Assembly (NCBI GenBank): GCA_032718475.1
Contig: JAUCBJ010008178.1
Coordinates: 62,001 to 126,000, forward strand
Direction: 5' to 3'
DNA: 64,000 bases
Origin: Nemertoderma westbladi
Taxonomy: Eukaryota; Animalia; Xenacoelomorpha
Part shown: positions 50,701 to 64,000 of the stretch, one piece after another
Numbering within the stretch: position 1 is the first letter of the stretch
How the letters are laid out: each line of letters opens with the position of its first letter
The notes under the pieces: generated by a model
Database searches by the model: none
Told to the model about the DNA's origin: nothing
Seen by the model: the letters and a program-made list of their open reading frames with translations, nothing else
Program-made: the position numbers and the translations under genes

Positions 50701-51957
50701 ACCGACAACCAAGGCGGTGTGTAAACGCTACACCGACAACCAAAGCCATGGAAGTGTTATGGTGTGTAAACGCTACACCAACAACCAAGGCCATGGCAGT
50801 GTTATGGGGTGTAAACGCTACATAGACAACCAAGGCTATGGCAGTGTTATGGGGTGTAAACGCTACACCAACAACCAAAGCCATAGAAGTGTTATGGTGT
50901 GTAAACGCTACACCAACAACCAAGGCCATGGCAGTGTTATGGGGTGTAAACGCTACACCAACAACCAAAGCCATGGAAGTGTTATGGGGTGTAAACGCTA
51001 CACCGACAACCAAGACCATGGTAGTGTTATGGTGTGTAAACGCTACACCAACAACCAAGGCCATGACAGTGTTATGGGGTGTAAACGCTACACCAACAAC
51101 CAAGACCATGGTAGTGTTATGGGGTGTAAACGCTACATAGACAACCAAGGCCATGGCGGTGTTATGGGGTGTAAACGCAACACCGATAACCAAAGCCATG
51201 GAAGTGTTATGGTGTGTAAACGCTACACCGACAACCAAGGCCATGGCGGTGTTATGGGGTGTAAACGCTACACCGACAACCAAGGCCATGGCGGTGTTAT
51301 GGAGTGTAAACGCTACACACACAACCAAGGCCATGGCGGTGTTATGGGGTGCAAACGCTACACCGACAACCAAAGCCATGGAAGTGTTATGGTGTGTAAA
51401 CGCTACACCGACAACCAAGGCCATGGCAGTGTTTTGGGGTGTAAACGCTACACCGACAACCAAGGCCATGGCGGTGTTATGGGGTGTAAACGCTACACCG
51501 ACAACCAAGGCCATGGCGGTGTTATGGAGTGTAAACGCTACACCGACAACCAAGGCCATGGTAGTGTTATGGAGTGTAAACGCTACACAGACAACCAAGG
51601 CCATGGCGGTGTTATGGGGTGCAAACGCTACACCGACAACCAAAGCCATGGAAGTGTTATGGTGTGTAAACGCTACACCGACAACCAAGGCCATGGCGGT
51701 GTTATGGTGTGTAAACGCTACACCGACAACCAAGGCCATGGCAGTGTTATGGTGTGTAAACGCTACACCGACAACCAAGACCATGGTAGTGTTATGGGGT
51801 GTAAACGCTACACCAACAACCAAAGCCATGGAAGTGTTATGGGGTGTAAACGCTACATAGACAACCAAGGCCATGGCAGTGTTATGGGGTGTAAACGCTA
51901 CACCAACAACCAAAGCCATGGAAGTGTTATGGTGTGTAAACGCTACACCGACAACAA
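38733..51957. repeat. 45-bp minisatellite (GCCATGGCAGTGTTATGGGGTGTAAACGCTACACCGACAACCAAG)n, ~295 copies, ~13.2 kb, filling the tetraspanin intron
   Basis: Visible tandem array with recurring 31-bp deleted monomers and kb-scale higher-order repeats. Confidence 0.98.
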
Positions 51958-52270
51958 GAGCCGACAACATCAAATATGAAACTGTAACCTATGCGCTTCA
52001 CTCTCGTTTATTGTTTTGATTAGAAAAGGGTTCCACTCTATATGTTTTTTCTCTGAATTGATACTTTAACATTATTGGTAATTAGCGTCAATGTTGGTTG
52101 TCTGAGTGGCGTTTACACCCAGAGTTATGAGCAAATGAATAGACCTAATTAAAATCGCTGTCCTATTGATTTTGGTGTAGCTAGCCAAAATGTTCATGTA
52201 TATAATTTTAACTAACGGTACCACAATTACCTTCTAAAATACCACAACAGTATTATTGAAAATCTCTCAC

Positions 52271-52855
52271 CTTATAAATTTTGTTTATATCCAATTTAAT
52301 ACTGCCGGTACAGTTGCTATCTGCTTTGAGGTCTTTCTTACAACAGGTATCTGGTACCATGCCCGGATTCTTCATTCCCCATGGAGTATCGCTCCAATCA
52401 GTATACTCCATAAACCCACAGCAGCCGGCGTTGCTCTGTATCGCGTTCATAACAGATGGATTGGTGAGGTAATCCGATTGTGCTTTTTCTATCTCGGTTC
52501 TAGTACCATTGGTCAGTAAATCCCTGTAATGATAGGCCAATGAACCGCTGACAATCTCTAAAGCGAAGATGACAAGTACAAAGGTAAAGAACATCGCAAG
52601 GAGACATTTATTTGACTGGAAGACACCGCAGCATCCAATGATAGACGTAATGAAGACAAAAACACCGATTATGATAAACACAACAGCGGGGATGACAACG
52701 TATCTAACTGATACTAAATGGAACTCCTCGTAGGAAGTTATAGCCCAGGCGGCAATGTAGAACAGAACGCCGGCCACGGCCCATAGAACGACGTTGAGAA
52801 GGATAATGATAAACCGTGAGGTACATTGGCAACTATCAGCCGTACAACATCCCAT
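52271..52855 (-). CDS. TSPAN3: Tetraspanin (TSPAN3-like) coding exon 1: TM1-3 and most of EC2 (CCG, PxxCC)
   Basis: gccATGG start; MGCC...LNVVLWAVAG...IPAVV...IGCCG...CCGFMEYTDWSDTPW...VPDTCC...SNCTGS...KIYK|gtgaga. Spliced product is 254 aa and resembles TSPAN3 by eye; the orthology call is tentative. Confidence 0.9.
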
Positions 52856-54067
52856 GGCGAATCAGATATAGTAGAAAACGTAATCTCGGAAAAAGTACAA
52901 TTATAATGAATTTATAATGAATTTTGTTTTGAATTTATAAATATGACAGGATATTTTCAGCATAAATGCAATAAAGCCTAGAGTGCACCCTAATGCCAGT
53001 TAACTGGTAGTTTATGGCAGTTTATCCAATGAGACCACCTGTTTGCATTGAGTAACGCCAATATTAATTGGACTTTGCCTAATCCAGTAAACAACTCAAT
53101 AAGTCACATATTGTCCTAAACTAATTTATCATTGTCCATTCTAATAAGCTTTGATAAACGACTGATTTGCTAGAAACAACTGCGATAGACCAATTAATAA
53201 TAATTATAATAATGAAAACTTTGCTACAATATCCTAATCCCGTATAAAAATGATAACAAAAACATCGATTAATTAATATAGGCCTACTGTATTGTAGGTA
53301 TAGAAAGTCGCGATAGCGTGTGGGGAAGGGGATGGCACAAATCATCACCAACCATAATAATATGTATTGAATATATTCAATATGCTATTTCGCTAACTGT
53401 CTTAACATGTTAGCTATTTATTTTGGAATAATTGTTATTTTCTTGAGCTACAAGTGAGGGGGTCCGGCAACAATTTGCAGAAACAAGTTGCAGGTTGCAG
53501 CAACAAGTTGCAGAAACAAATTGGATGTTGCAGCAACAAGTTTATGTGTGTGAGGGGGTCCAGCAACAAGTTTCAGAAACAAGTTGCTCCGTGTGAGGGG
53601 GCATTAACCGCTTACATCAACATTTGGAAATTAATATTGTAATTTTGCGTAAAATCTTATACTGGTATCACAGTGGTTCAAAGCTACTTGGCCGCACCCA
53701 CCCGCCTCTCGAGTATTAATGTCTGCTCATTATAATGCTCATTTTCGTTTTAAACCGGAACCAATGATTTATTATAGATTAAAATAAATATTGAGATTAC
53801 AAAAAGAGTTAGTGTTCTAAGAAAAACATAATCAAATTACTCGGTGAGATTTATAGATTTCGGCCGCAAGTTTTTCAGCCGAAATATGCTTATTTAATGT
53901 TATTTATTATTATATTTACGGTCGAAATGTATCTTTTTACAAAACATTTTTACTTTTCCGACAGGCATTTTAAATAAATAAATTCCTATTAACAGAGTAG
54001 CATTTCCACCACGGCCATGTTAGGCCTATTCATGCAACCAATCCATACCGTAGGGAATATTACAGTA

Positions 54068-57000
54068 CACTGTATGGATTCCTTTTAATAGAATCAGCTG
54101 ATTGTGACACTGTATGGATTCCCTTTAATAGAATCAGCCGACTGTGACACTGTATGGATTCCCTTTAATAGAATCAGCTGATTGTGACACTGTATGGATT
54201 CCATTTAATAGAATCAGCCGACTGTGACACTGTATGGATTCCTTTTAATAGAATCAGCTGATTGTGACACTGTATGGATTCCTTTTAATAGAATCAGCTG
54301 ATTGTGACACTGTATGGATTCCATTTAATAGAATCAGCTGATTGTGACACTGTATGGATTCCATTTAATAGAATCAGCTGATTGTGACACTGTATGGATT
54401 CCTTTTAATAGAATCAGCCGACTGTGACACTGTATGGATTCCTTTTAATAGAATCAGCCGACTGTGACACTGTATGGATTCCTTTTAATAGAATCAGCTG
54501 ATTGTGACACTGTATGGATTCCATTTAATAGAATCAGCTGATTGTGACACTGTATGGATTCCATTTAATAGAATCAGCTGATTGTGACACTGTATGGATT
54601 CCCTTTAATAGAATCAGCCGACTGTGACACTGTATGGATTCCCTTTAATAGAATCAGCTGATTGTGACACTGTATGGATTCCATTTAATAGAATCAGCCG
54701 ACTGTGACACTGTATGGATTCCTTTTAATAGAATCAGCTGATTGTGACACTGTATGGATTCCTTTTAATAGAATCGGCTGATTGTGACACTGTATGGATT
54801 CCATTTAATAGAATCAGCTGATTGTGACACTGTATGGATTCCATTTAATAGAATCAGCTGATTGTGACACTGTATGGATTCCTTTTAATAGAATCAGCCG
54901 ACTGTGACACTGTATGGATTCCTTTTAATAGAATCAGCCGACTGTGACACTGTATGGATTCCTTTTAATATAATCAGCTGATTGTGACACTGTATGGATT
55001 CCATTTAATAGAATCAGCTGATTGTGACACTGTATGGATTCCTTTTAATAGAATCAGCCGACTGTGACACTGTATGGATTCCATTTAATAGAATCAGCTG
55101 ATTGTGACACTGTATGGATTCCTTTTAATAGAATCAGCTGATTGTGACACTGTATGGATTCAATTTAATAGAATCAGCTGATTGTGACACTGTATGGATT
55201 CCTTTTAATAGAATCAGCTGATTGTGACACTGTATGGATTCCATTTAATAGAATCAGCCGACTGTGACACTGTATGGATTCCATTTAATAGAATCAGCTG
55301 ATTGTGACACTGTATGGATTCCTTTTAATAGAATCAGCTGATTGTGACACTGTATGGATTCCTTTTAATAGAATCAGCTGATTGTGACACTGTATGGATT
55401 CCTTTTAATAGAATCAGCTGATTGTGACACTGTATGGATTCCTTTTAATAGAATCAGCTGATTGTGACACTGTATGGATTCCATTTAATAGAATCAGCTG
55501 ATTGTGACACTGTATGGATTCCTTTTAATAGAATCAGCCGACTGTGACACTGTATGGATTCCATTTAATAGAATCAGCTGATTGTGACACTGTATGGATT
55601 CCTTTTAATAGAATCAGCTGATTGTGACACTGTATGGATTCCATTTAATAGAATCAGCTGATTGTGACACTGTATGGATTCCTTTTAATAGAATCAGCTG
55701 ATTGTGACACTGTATGGATTCCATTTAATAGAATCAGCCGACTGTGACACTGTATGGATTCCATTTAATAGAATCAGCTGATTGTGACACTGTATGGATT
55801 CCTTTTAATAGAATCAGCTGATTGTGACACTGTATGGATTCCATTTAATAGAATCAGCCGACTGTGACACTGTATGGATTCCATTTAATAGAATCAGCCG
55901 ACTGTGACACTGTATGGATTCCATTTAATAGAATCAGCTGATTGTGACACTGTATGGATTCCATTTAATAGAATCAGCTGATTGTGACACTGTATGGATT
56001 CCTTTTAATAGAATCAGCTGATTGTGACACTGTATGGATTCCATTTAATAGAATCAGCCGACTGTGACACTGTATGGATTCCATTTAATAGAATCAGCTG
56101 ATTGTGACACTGTATGGATTCCATTTAATAGAATCAGCCGACTGTGACACTGTATGGATTCCATTTAATAGAATCAGCTGATTGTGACACTGTATGGATT
56201 CCTTTTAATAGAATCAGCTGATTGTGACACTGTATGGATTCCATTTAATAGAATCAGCTGACTGTGACACTGTATGGATTCCATTTAATAGAATCAGCTG
56301 ATTGTGACACTGTATGGATTCCTTTTAATAGAATCAGCTGATTGTGACACTGTATGGATTCCATTTAATAGAATCAGCTGACTGTGACACTGTATGGATT
56401 CCTTTTAATAGAATCAGCCGACTGTGACACTGTATGGATTCCATTTAATAGAATCAGCCGACTGTGACACTGTATGGATTCCATTTAATAGAATCAGCTG
56501 ATTGTGACACTGTATGGATTCCTTTTAATAGAATCAGCTGATTGTGACACTGTATGGATTCCATTTAATAGAATCAGCTGACTGTGACACTGTATGGATT
56601 CCTTTTAATAGAATCAGCTGATTGTGACACTGTATGGATTCCATTTAATAGAATCAGCTGATTGTGACACTGTATGGATTCCTTTTAATAGAATCAGCTG
56701 ATTGTGACACTGTATGGATTCCATTTAATAGAATCAGCCGACTGTGACACTGTATGGATTCCTTTTAATAGAATCAGCTGATTGTGACACTGTACGGATT
56801 CCCTTTAATAGAATCAGCCGAGTGTGACACTGTATGGATTCCTTTTAATAGAATCAGCTGATTGTGACACTGTATGGATTCCATTTAATAGAATCAGCCG
56901 ACTGTGACACTGTATGGATTCCATTTAATAGAATCAGCTGATTGTGACACTGTATGGATTCCTTTTAATAGAATCAGCTGATTGTGACACTGTATGGATT

Positions 57001-60000
57001 CCTTTTAATAGAATCAGGTGATTGTGACACTGTATGGATTCCATTTAATAGAATCAGCCGACTGTGACACTGTATGGATTCCATTTAATAGAATCAGCTG
57101 ATTGTGACACTGTATGGATTCCTTTTAATAGAATCAGCCGACTGTGACACTGTATGGATTCCATTTAATAGAATCAGCCGACTGTGACACTGTATGGATT
57201 CCTTTTAATAGAATCAGGTGATTGTGACACTGTATGGATTCCTTTTAATAGAATCAGCTGATTGTGACACTGTATGGATTCCATTTAATAGAATCAGCTG
57301 ATTGTGACACTGTATGGATTCCTTTTAATATAATCAGCCGACTGTGACACTGTATGGATTCCATTTAATAGAATCAGCCGACTGTGACACTGTATGGATT
57401 CCATTTAATAGAATCAGCTGATTGTGACACTGTATGGATTCCTTTTAATAGAATCAGCTGATTGTGACACTGTATGGATTCCATTTAATAGAATCAGCTG
57501 ACTGTGACACTGTATGGATTCCTTTTAATAGAATCAGCTGATTGTGACACTGTATGGATTCCATTTAATAGAATCAGCTGATTGTGACACTGTATGGATT
57601 CCTTTTAATAGAATCAGCTGATTGTGACACTGTATGGATTCCATTTAATAGAATCAGCCGACTGTGACACTGTATGGATTCCTTTTAATAGAATCAGCTG
57701 ATTGTGACACTGTACGGATTCCCTTTAATAGAATCAGCCGACTGTGACACTGTATGGATTCCTTTTAATAGAATCAGCTGATTGTGACACTGTATGGATT
57801 CCATTTAATAGAATCAGCCGACTGTGACACTGTATGGATTCCATTTAATAGAATCAGCTGATTGTGACACTGTATGGATTCCTTTTAATAGAATCAGCTG
57901 ATTGTGACACTGTATGGATTCCTTTTAATAGAATCAGGTGATTGTGACACTGTATGGATTCCATTTAATAGAATCAGCCGACTGTGACACTGTATGGATT
58001 CCATTTAATAGAATCAGCTGATTGTGACACTGTATGGATTCCTTTTAATAGAATCAGCCGACTGTGACACTGTATGGATTCCATTTAATAGAATCAGCCG
58101 ACTGTGACACTGTATGGATTCCTTTTAATAGAATCAGGTGATTGTGACACTGTATGGATTCCTTTTAATAGAATCAGCTGATTGTGACACTGTATGGATT
58201 CCATTTAATAGAATCAGCCGACTGTGACACTGTATGGATTCCATTTAATAGAATCAGCCGACTGTGACACTGTATGGATTCCTTTTAATAGAATCAGCTG
58301 ATTGTGACACTGTATGGATTCCATTTAATAGAATCAGCCGACTGTGACGCTGTATGGATTCCTTTTAATAGAATCAGCTGATTGTGACACTGTACGGATT
58401 CCCTTTAATAGAATCAGCCGACTGTGACACTGTATGGATTCCTTTTAATAGAATCAGCTGATTGTGACACTGTACGGATTCCCTTTAATAGAATCAGCCG
58501 ACTGTGACACTGTATGGATTCCTTTTAATAGAATCAGCTGATTGTGACACTGTATGGATTCCATTTAATAGAATCAGCCGACTGTGACACTGTATGGATT
58601 CCATTTAATAGAATCAGCTGATTGTGACACTGTATGGATTCCTTTTAATAGAATCAGCTGATTGTGACACTGTATGGATTCCATTTAATAGAATCAGCCG
58701 ACTGTGACACTGTATGGATTCCTTTTAATAGAATCAGGTGATTGTGACACTGTATGGATTCCATTTAATAGAATCAGCCGACTGTGACACTGTATGGATT
58801 CCATTTAATAGAATCAGCTGATTGTGACACTGTATGGATTCCTTTTAATAGAATCAGCTGATTGTGACACTGTATGGATTCCATTTAATAGAATCAGCCG
58901 ACTGTGACACTGTATGGATTCCTTTTAATAGAATCAGCTGATTGTGACACTGTACGGATTCCCTTTAATAGAATCAGCCGACTGTGACACTGTATGGATT
59001 CCTTTTAATAGAATCAGCTGATTGTGACACTGTATGGATTCCATTTAATAGAATCAGCTGACTGTGACACTGTATGGATTCCATTTAATAGAATCAGCTG
59101 ATTGTGACACTGTATGGATTCCTTTTAATAGAATCAGCTGATTGTGACACTGTATGGATTCCATTTAATAGAATCAGCTGACTGTGACACTGTATGGATT
59201 CCTTTTAATAGAATCAGCCGACTGTGACACTGTATGGATTCCATTTAATAGAATCAGCCGACTGTGACACTGTATGGATTCCATTTAATGGAATCAGCTG
59301 ATTGTGACACTGTATGGATTCCTTTTAATAGAATCAGCTGATTGTGACACTGTATGGATTCCATTTAATAGAATCAGCTGACTGTGACACTGTATGGATT
59401 CCTTTTAATAGAATCAGCTGATTGTGACACTGTATGGATTCCATTTAATAGAATCAGCTGATTGTGACACTGTATGGATTCCTTTTAATAGAATCAGCTG
59501 ATTGTGACACTGTATGGATTCCATTTAATAGAATCAGCCGACTGTGACACTGTATGGATTCCTTTTAATAGAATCAGCTGATTGTGACACTGTACGGATT
59601 CCCTTTAATAGAATCAGCCGACTGTGACACTGTATGGATTCCTTTTAATAGAATCAGCTGATTGTGACACTGTATGGATTCCATTTAATAGAATCAGCCG
59701 ACTGTGACACTGTATGGATTCCATTTAATAGAATCAGCTGATTGTGACACTGTATGGATTCCTTTTAATAGAATCAGCTGATTGTGACACTGTATGGATT
59801 CCTTTTAATAGAATCAGGTGATTGTGACACTGTATGGATTCCATTTAATAGAATCAGCCGACTGTGACACTGTATGGATTCCATTTAATAGAATCAGCTG
59901 ATTGTGACACTGTATGGATTCCTTTTAATAGAATCAGCTGATTGTGACACTGTATGGATTCCATTTAATAGAATCAGCTGATTGTGACACTGTATGGATT

Positions 60001-62988
60001 CCTTTTAATAGAATCAGCCGACTGTGACACTGTATGGATTCCATTTAATAGAATCAGCCGACTGTGACACTGTATGGATTCCATTTAATAGAATCAGCTG
60101 ATTGTGACACTGTATGGATTCCTTTTAATAGAATCAGCTGATTGTGACACTGTATGGATTCCATTTAATAGAATCAGCTGACTGTGACACTGTATGGATT
60201 CCTTTTAATATAATCAGCTGATTGTGACACTGTATGGATTCCATTTAATAGAATCAGCTGATTGTGACACTGTATGGATTCCTTTTAATAGAATCAGCTG
60301 ATTGTGACACTGTATGGATTCCATTTAATAGAATCAGCCGACTGTGACACTGTATGGATTCCATTTAATAGAATCAGCTGATTGTGACACTGTATGGATT
60401 CCTTTTAATAGAATCAGCTGATTGTGACACTGTATGGATTCCATTTAATAGAATCAGCCGACTGTGACACTGTATGGATTCCTTTTAATAGAATCAGGTG
60501 ATTGTGACACTGTATGGATTCCATTTAATAGAATCAGCCGACTGTGACACTGTATGGATTCCTTTTAATAGAATCAGCTGATTGTGACACTGTATGGATT
60601 CCATTTAATAGAATCAGCCGACTGTGACACTGTATGGATTCCTTTTAATAGAATCAGCTGATTGTGACACTGTACGGATTCCCTTTAATAGAATCAGCCG
60701 ACTGTGACACTGTATGGATTCCATTTAATAGAATCAGCTGATTGTGACACTGTATGGATTCCTTTTAATAGAATCAGCTGATTGTGACACTGTATGGATT
60801 CCATTTAATAGAATCAGCCGACTGTGACACTGTATGGATTCCTTTTAATAGAATCAGGTGATTGTGACACTGTATGGATTCCATTTAATAGAATCAGCTG
60901 ATTGTGACACTGTATGGATTCCTTTTAATAGAATCAGCTGATTGTGACACTGTATGGATTCCATTTAATAGAATCAGCCGACTGTGACACTGTATGGATT
61001 CCATTTAATAGAATCAGCTGATTGTGACACTGTATGGATTCCTTTTAATAGAATCAGCTGATTGTGACACTGTATGGATTCCATTTAATAGAATCAGCCG
61101 ACTGTGACACTGTATGGATTCCTTTTAATAGAATCAGGTGATTGTGACACTGTATGGATTCCATTTAATAGAATCAGCCGACTGTGACACTGTATGGATT
61201 CCATTTAATAGAATCAGCTGATTGTGACACTGTATGGATTCCTTTTAATAGAATCAGCTGATTGTGACACTGTATGGATTCCTTTTAATAGAATCAGGTG
61301 ATTGTGACACTGTATGGATTCCATTTAATAGAATCAGCCGACTGTGACACGGTATGGATTCCATTTAATAGAATCAGCTGATTGTGACACTGTATGGATT
61401 CCTTTTAATAGAATCAGCCGACTGTGACACTGTATGGATTCCATTTAATAGAATCAGCCGACTGTGACACTGTATGGATTCCTTTTAATAGAATCAGGTG
61501 ATTGTGACACTGTATGGATTCCTTTTAATAGAATCAGCTGATTGTGACACTGTATGGATTCCATTTAATAGAATCAGCCGACTGTGACACTGTATGGATT
61601 CCATTTAATAGAATCAGCCGACTGTGACACTGTATGGATTCCTTTTAATAGAATCAGCTGATTGTGACACTGTATGGATTCCATTTAATAGAATCAGCCG
61701 ACTGTGACACTGTATGGATTCCATTTAATAGAATCAGCCGACTGTGACACTGTATGGATTCCTTTTAATAGAATCAGGTGATTGTGACACTGTATGGATT
61801 CCTTTTAATAGAATCAGCTGATTGTGACACTGTATGGATTCCATTTAATAGAATCAGCCGACTGTGACACTGTATGGATTCCTTTTAATAGAATCAGCTG
61901 ATTGTGACACTCACACTGTATGGATTCCCTTTAATAGAATCAGCTGATTGTGACACTGTATGGATTCCTTTTAATAGAATCAGCTGATTGTGACACTGTA
62001 TGGATTCCTTTTAATAGAATCAGGTGATTGTGACACTGTATGGATTCCTTTTAATAGAATCAGCTGATTGTGACACTGTATGGATTCCATTTAATAGAAT
62101 CAGCCGACTGTGACACTGTATGGATTCCTTTTAATAGAATCAGCTGATTGTGACACTGTATGGATTCCATTTAATAGAATCAGCTGATTGTGACACTGTA
62201 CGGATTCCTTTTAATAGAATCAGCTGATTGTGACACTGTATGGATTCCATTTAATAGAATCAGTCGACTGTGACACTGTATGGATTCCTTTTAATAGAAT
62301 CAGCTGATTGTGACACTGTATGGATTCCATTTAATAGAATCAGCCGACTGTGACACTGTATGGATTCCTTTTAATAGAATCAGCTGATTGTGACACTGTA
62401 TGGATTCCATTTAATAGAATCAGCCGACTGTGACACTGTATGGATTCCTTTTAATAGAATCAGCTGATTGTGACACTGTATGGATTCAATTTAATAGAAT
62501 CAGCCGACTGTGACACTGTATGGATTCCTTTTAATAGAATCAGCTGATTGTGACACTGTATGGATTCTATTTAATAGAATCAGCTGATTGTGACACTGTA
62601 TGGATTCCATTTAATAGAATCAGCTGATTGTGACACTGTATGGATTCCATTTAATAGAATCAGCCGACTGTGACACTGTATGGATTCCTTTTAATAGAAT
62701 CAGCTGATTGTGACACTGTATGGATTCCATTTAATAGAATCAGCCGACTGTGACACTGTATGGATTCCTTTTAATATAATCAGCTGATTGTGACACTGTA
62801 TGGATTCCATTTAATAGAATCAGCTGATTGTGACACTGTATGGATTCCATTTAATAGAATCAGCTGATTGTGACACTGTATGGATTCCTTTTAATAGAAT
62901 CAGCCGACTGTGACACTGTATGGATTCCTTTTAATAGAATCAGCTGATTGTGACACTGTATGGATTCCTTTTAATAGAATCAGCTGAT
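54068..62988. repeat. 40-bp minisatellite (GTGACACTGTATGGATTCC[T/A]TTTAATAGAATCAGC[TGAT/CGAC]T)n, ~223 copies, ~8.9 kb
   Basis: Visible, highly homogeneous array ~1.2 kb upstream of the tetraspanin ATG; a single 6-bp insertion at ~61911. Confidence 0.98.
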
Positions 62989-64000
62989 TTTCAATATTTT
63001 TTCGTTTTCTTTCTCCCTGGCTATGGTGCCTCAACAAAATATTTGTGCCACCACCATTCAATCTACAATTGGCCTGCTGTGATGCAGCGTGCATTAAGAA
63101 TGCTATACCAGCTTGTCGACAAAAGTGCGCCGCCACAACTCCCTACCCCCCCCCCCCCCCAAAAAAAAAAATTTTGCGAGATTATTCGCATCTTCAAGGC
63201 CAGTGTCCTTTAAGATGCGTCTCAAGAAAGTCATGGGCTGTCCACCTTGCTTATTTTCTCCATGAGGCTGCTATAACACAAGATAGTGCACAGGCGAAAG
63301 CAATGTCCTACGAAGCGGAAGCGGCTCTGTCCAAGTCTCAAGCTTGGGGGAACTAACATATAACATCGATTATTACTGTCGGGGGAATTATCAGATATAA
63401 CAAGGACTTTATTACTAGTAAGCTATGGAAGCTATCAATGAATTATAAAATAATGGGGTTAGTGTTGTAACATATGTAATAAATATTATTAAGATGCAAT
63501 AATAATAATATGTAATGTAAACGGAATGTTGCAAGTAATTTTATTATTTTATCGTCACCATAGAGGCCAAATCATTACACAGTAAACAGATTACCCAGGC
63601 CACAATATAAATATCCTAACTAGCTGAGTACCGTTGAGTTGAGTACGTTGAGTACCATTTGAAGGACAATAAAATGGAATTGTGCTTTTTTTTTAATATA
63701 AACAGCATAATTTTATGTGTTGTTTTGGCCCTATGGTGATGATTAAGAAATAGATTGAGTTTAAAATAAAATACAGTATGCACCAACGAAAAACACGGAC
63801 ATTATTATTTATATGGCGGGTCCCGCCACCAAAACAATCTACTTATGTGTCATACAAAGGATAGCGAGACTCGAGATACAAAATACCAAATCACCCGAAA
63901 AGAAACACAAAGTGAAAGAGGAGACATTTTAATATAAATAAAGGCACTGAGAACAGTTTGTCAAATAGTTTATGAAGTATTTACAACTCTACCACAAACC

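Noticed and set aside
38725-51979. Many 100-590 aa repetitive ORFs on both strands
   Set aside because: The 45-bp unit is a multiple of 3 and stop-poor; frames break at 31-bp monomers, and the array is in the tetraspanin intron. No evidence of coding.
54068-62988. CRISPR-like appearance (palindromic ~40-bp repeats)
   Set aside because: Monomers are head-to-tail with no unique spacers, there are no cas genes, and the context is eukaryotic. The same applies to the other arrays.
62900-63356. Short ORFs after the 40-bp array
   Set aside because: No recognisable domain or clear splice structure; partly made of repeat and poly-C/poly-A sequence.

Overview
Eukaryotic (invertebrate-metazoan-like) genomic DNA with spliceosomal introns; about 60% of the window is tandem repeat. 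It holds two convergent host genes. (1) On the + strand is the 3' half of an R3-subtype receptor protein tyrosine phosphatase (PTPRB/PTPRJ/Ptp10D-like; single PTP domain, C-terminal YxN motifs), exons 10590-35350. It appears to have two pairs of mutually exclusive exons, one for the transmembrane/juxtamembrane segment and one inside the catalytic domain, plus a 9-nt microexon. (2) On the - strand is a TSPAN3-like tetraspanin with only two coding exons. The first 10 kb holds a decayed Mutator/Kolobok-like transposase and a structurally complete 7.57-kb EnSpm/CACTA transposon (TIRs, TA duplication, intact 781-aa transposase), whose second gene encodes a zinc ribbon and a PWWP chromatin-reader domain. 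Six unrelated minisatellite arrays (32, 24, ~23, 21, 45 and 40 bp units) fill introns and flanks, and several start within a few bases of a splice site or transposon end. Also present are two 5'-truncated LINEs with TSDs, a piggyBac-type MITE, a foldback element, a tRNA-derived SINE head and many probable Tc1/mariner excision footprints. All family assignments come from motif recognition by eye; no database searches were run.
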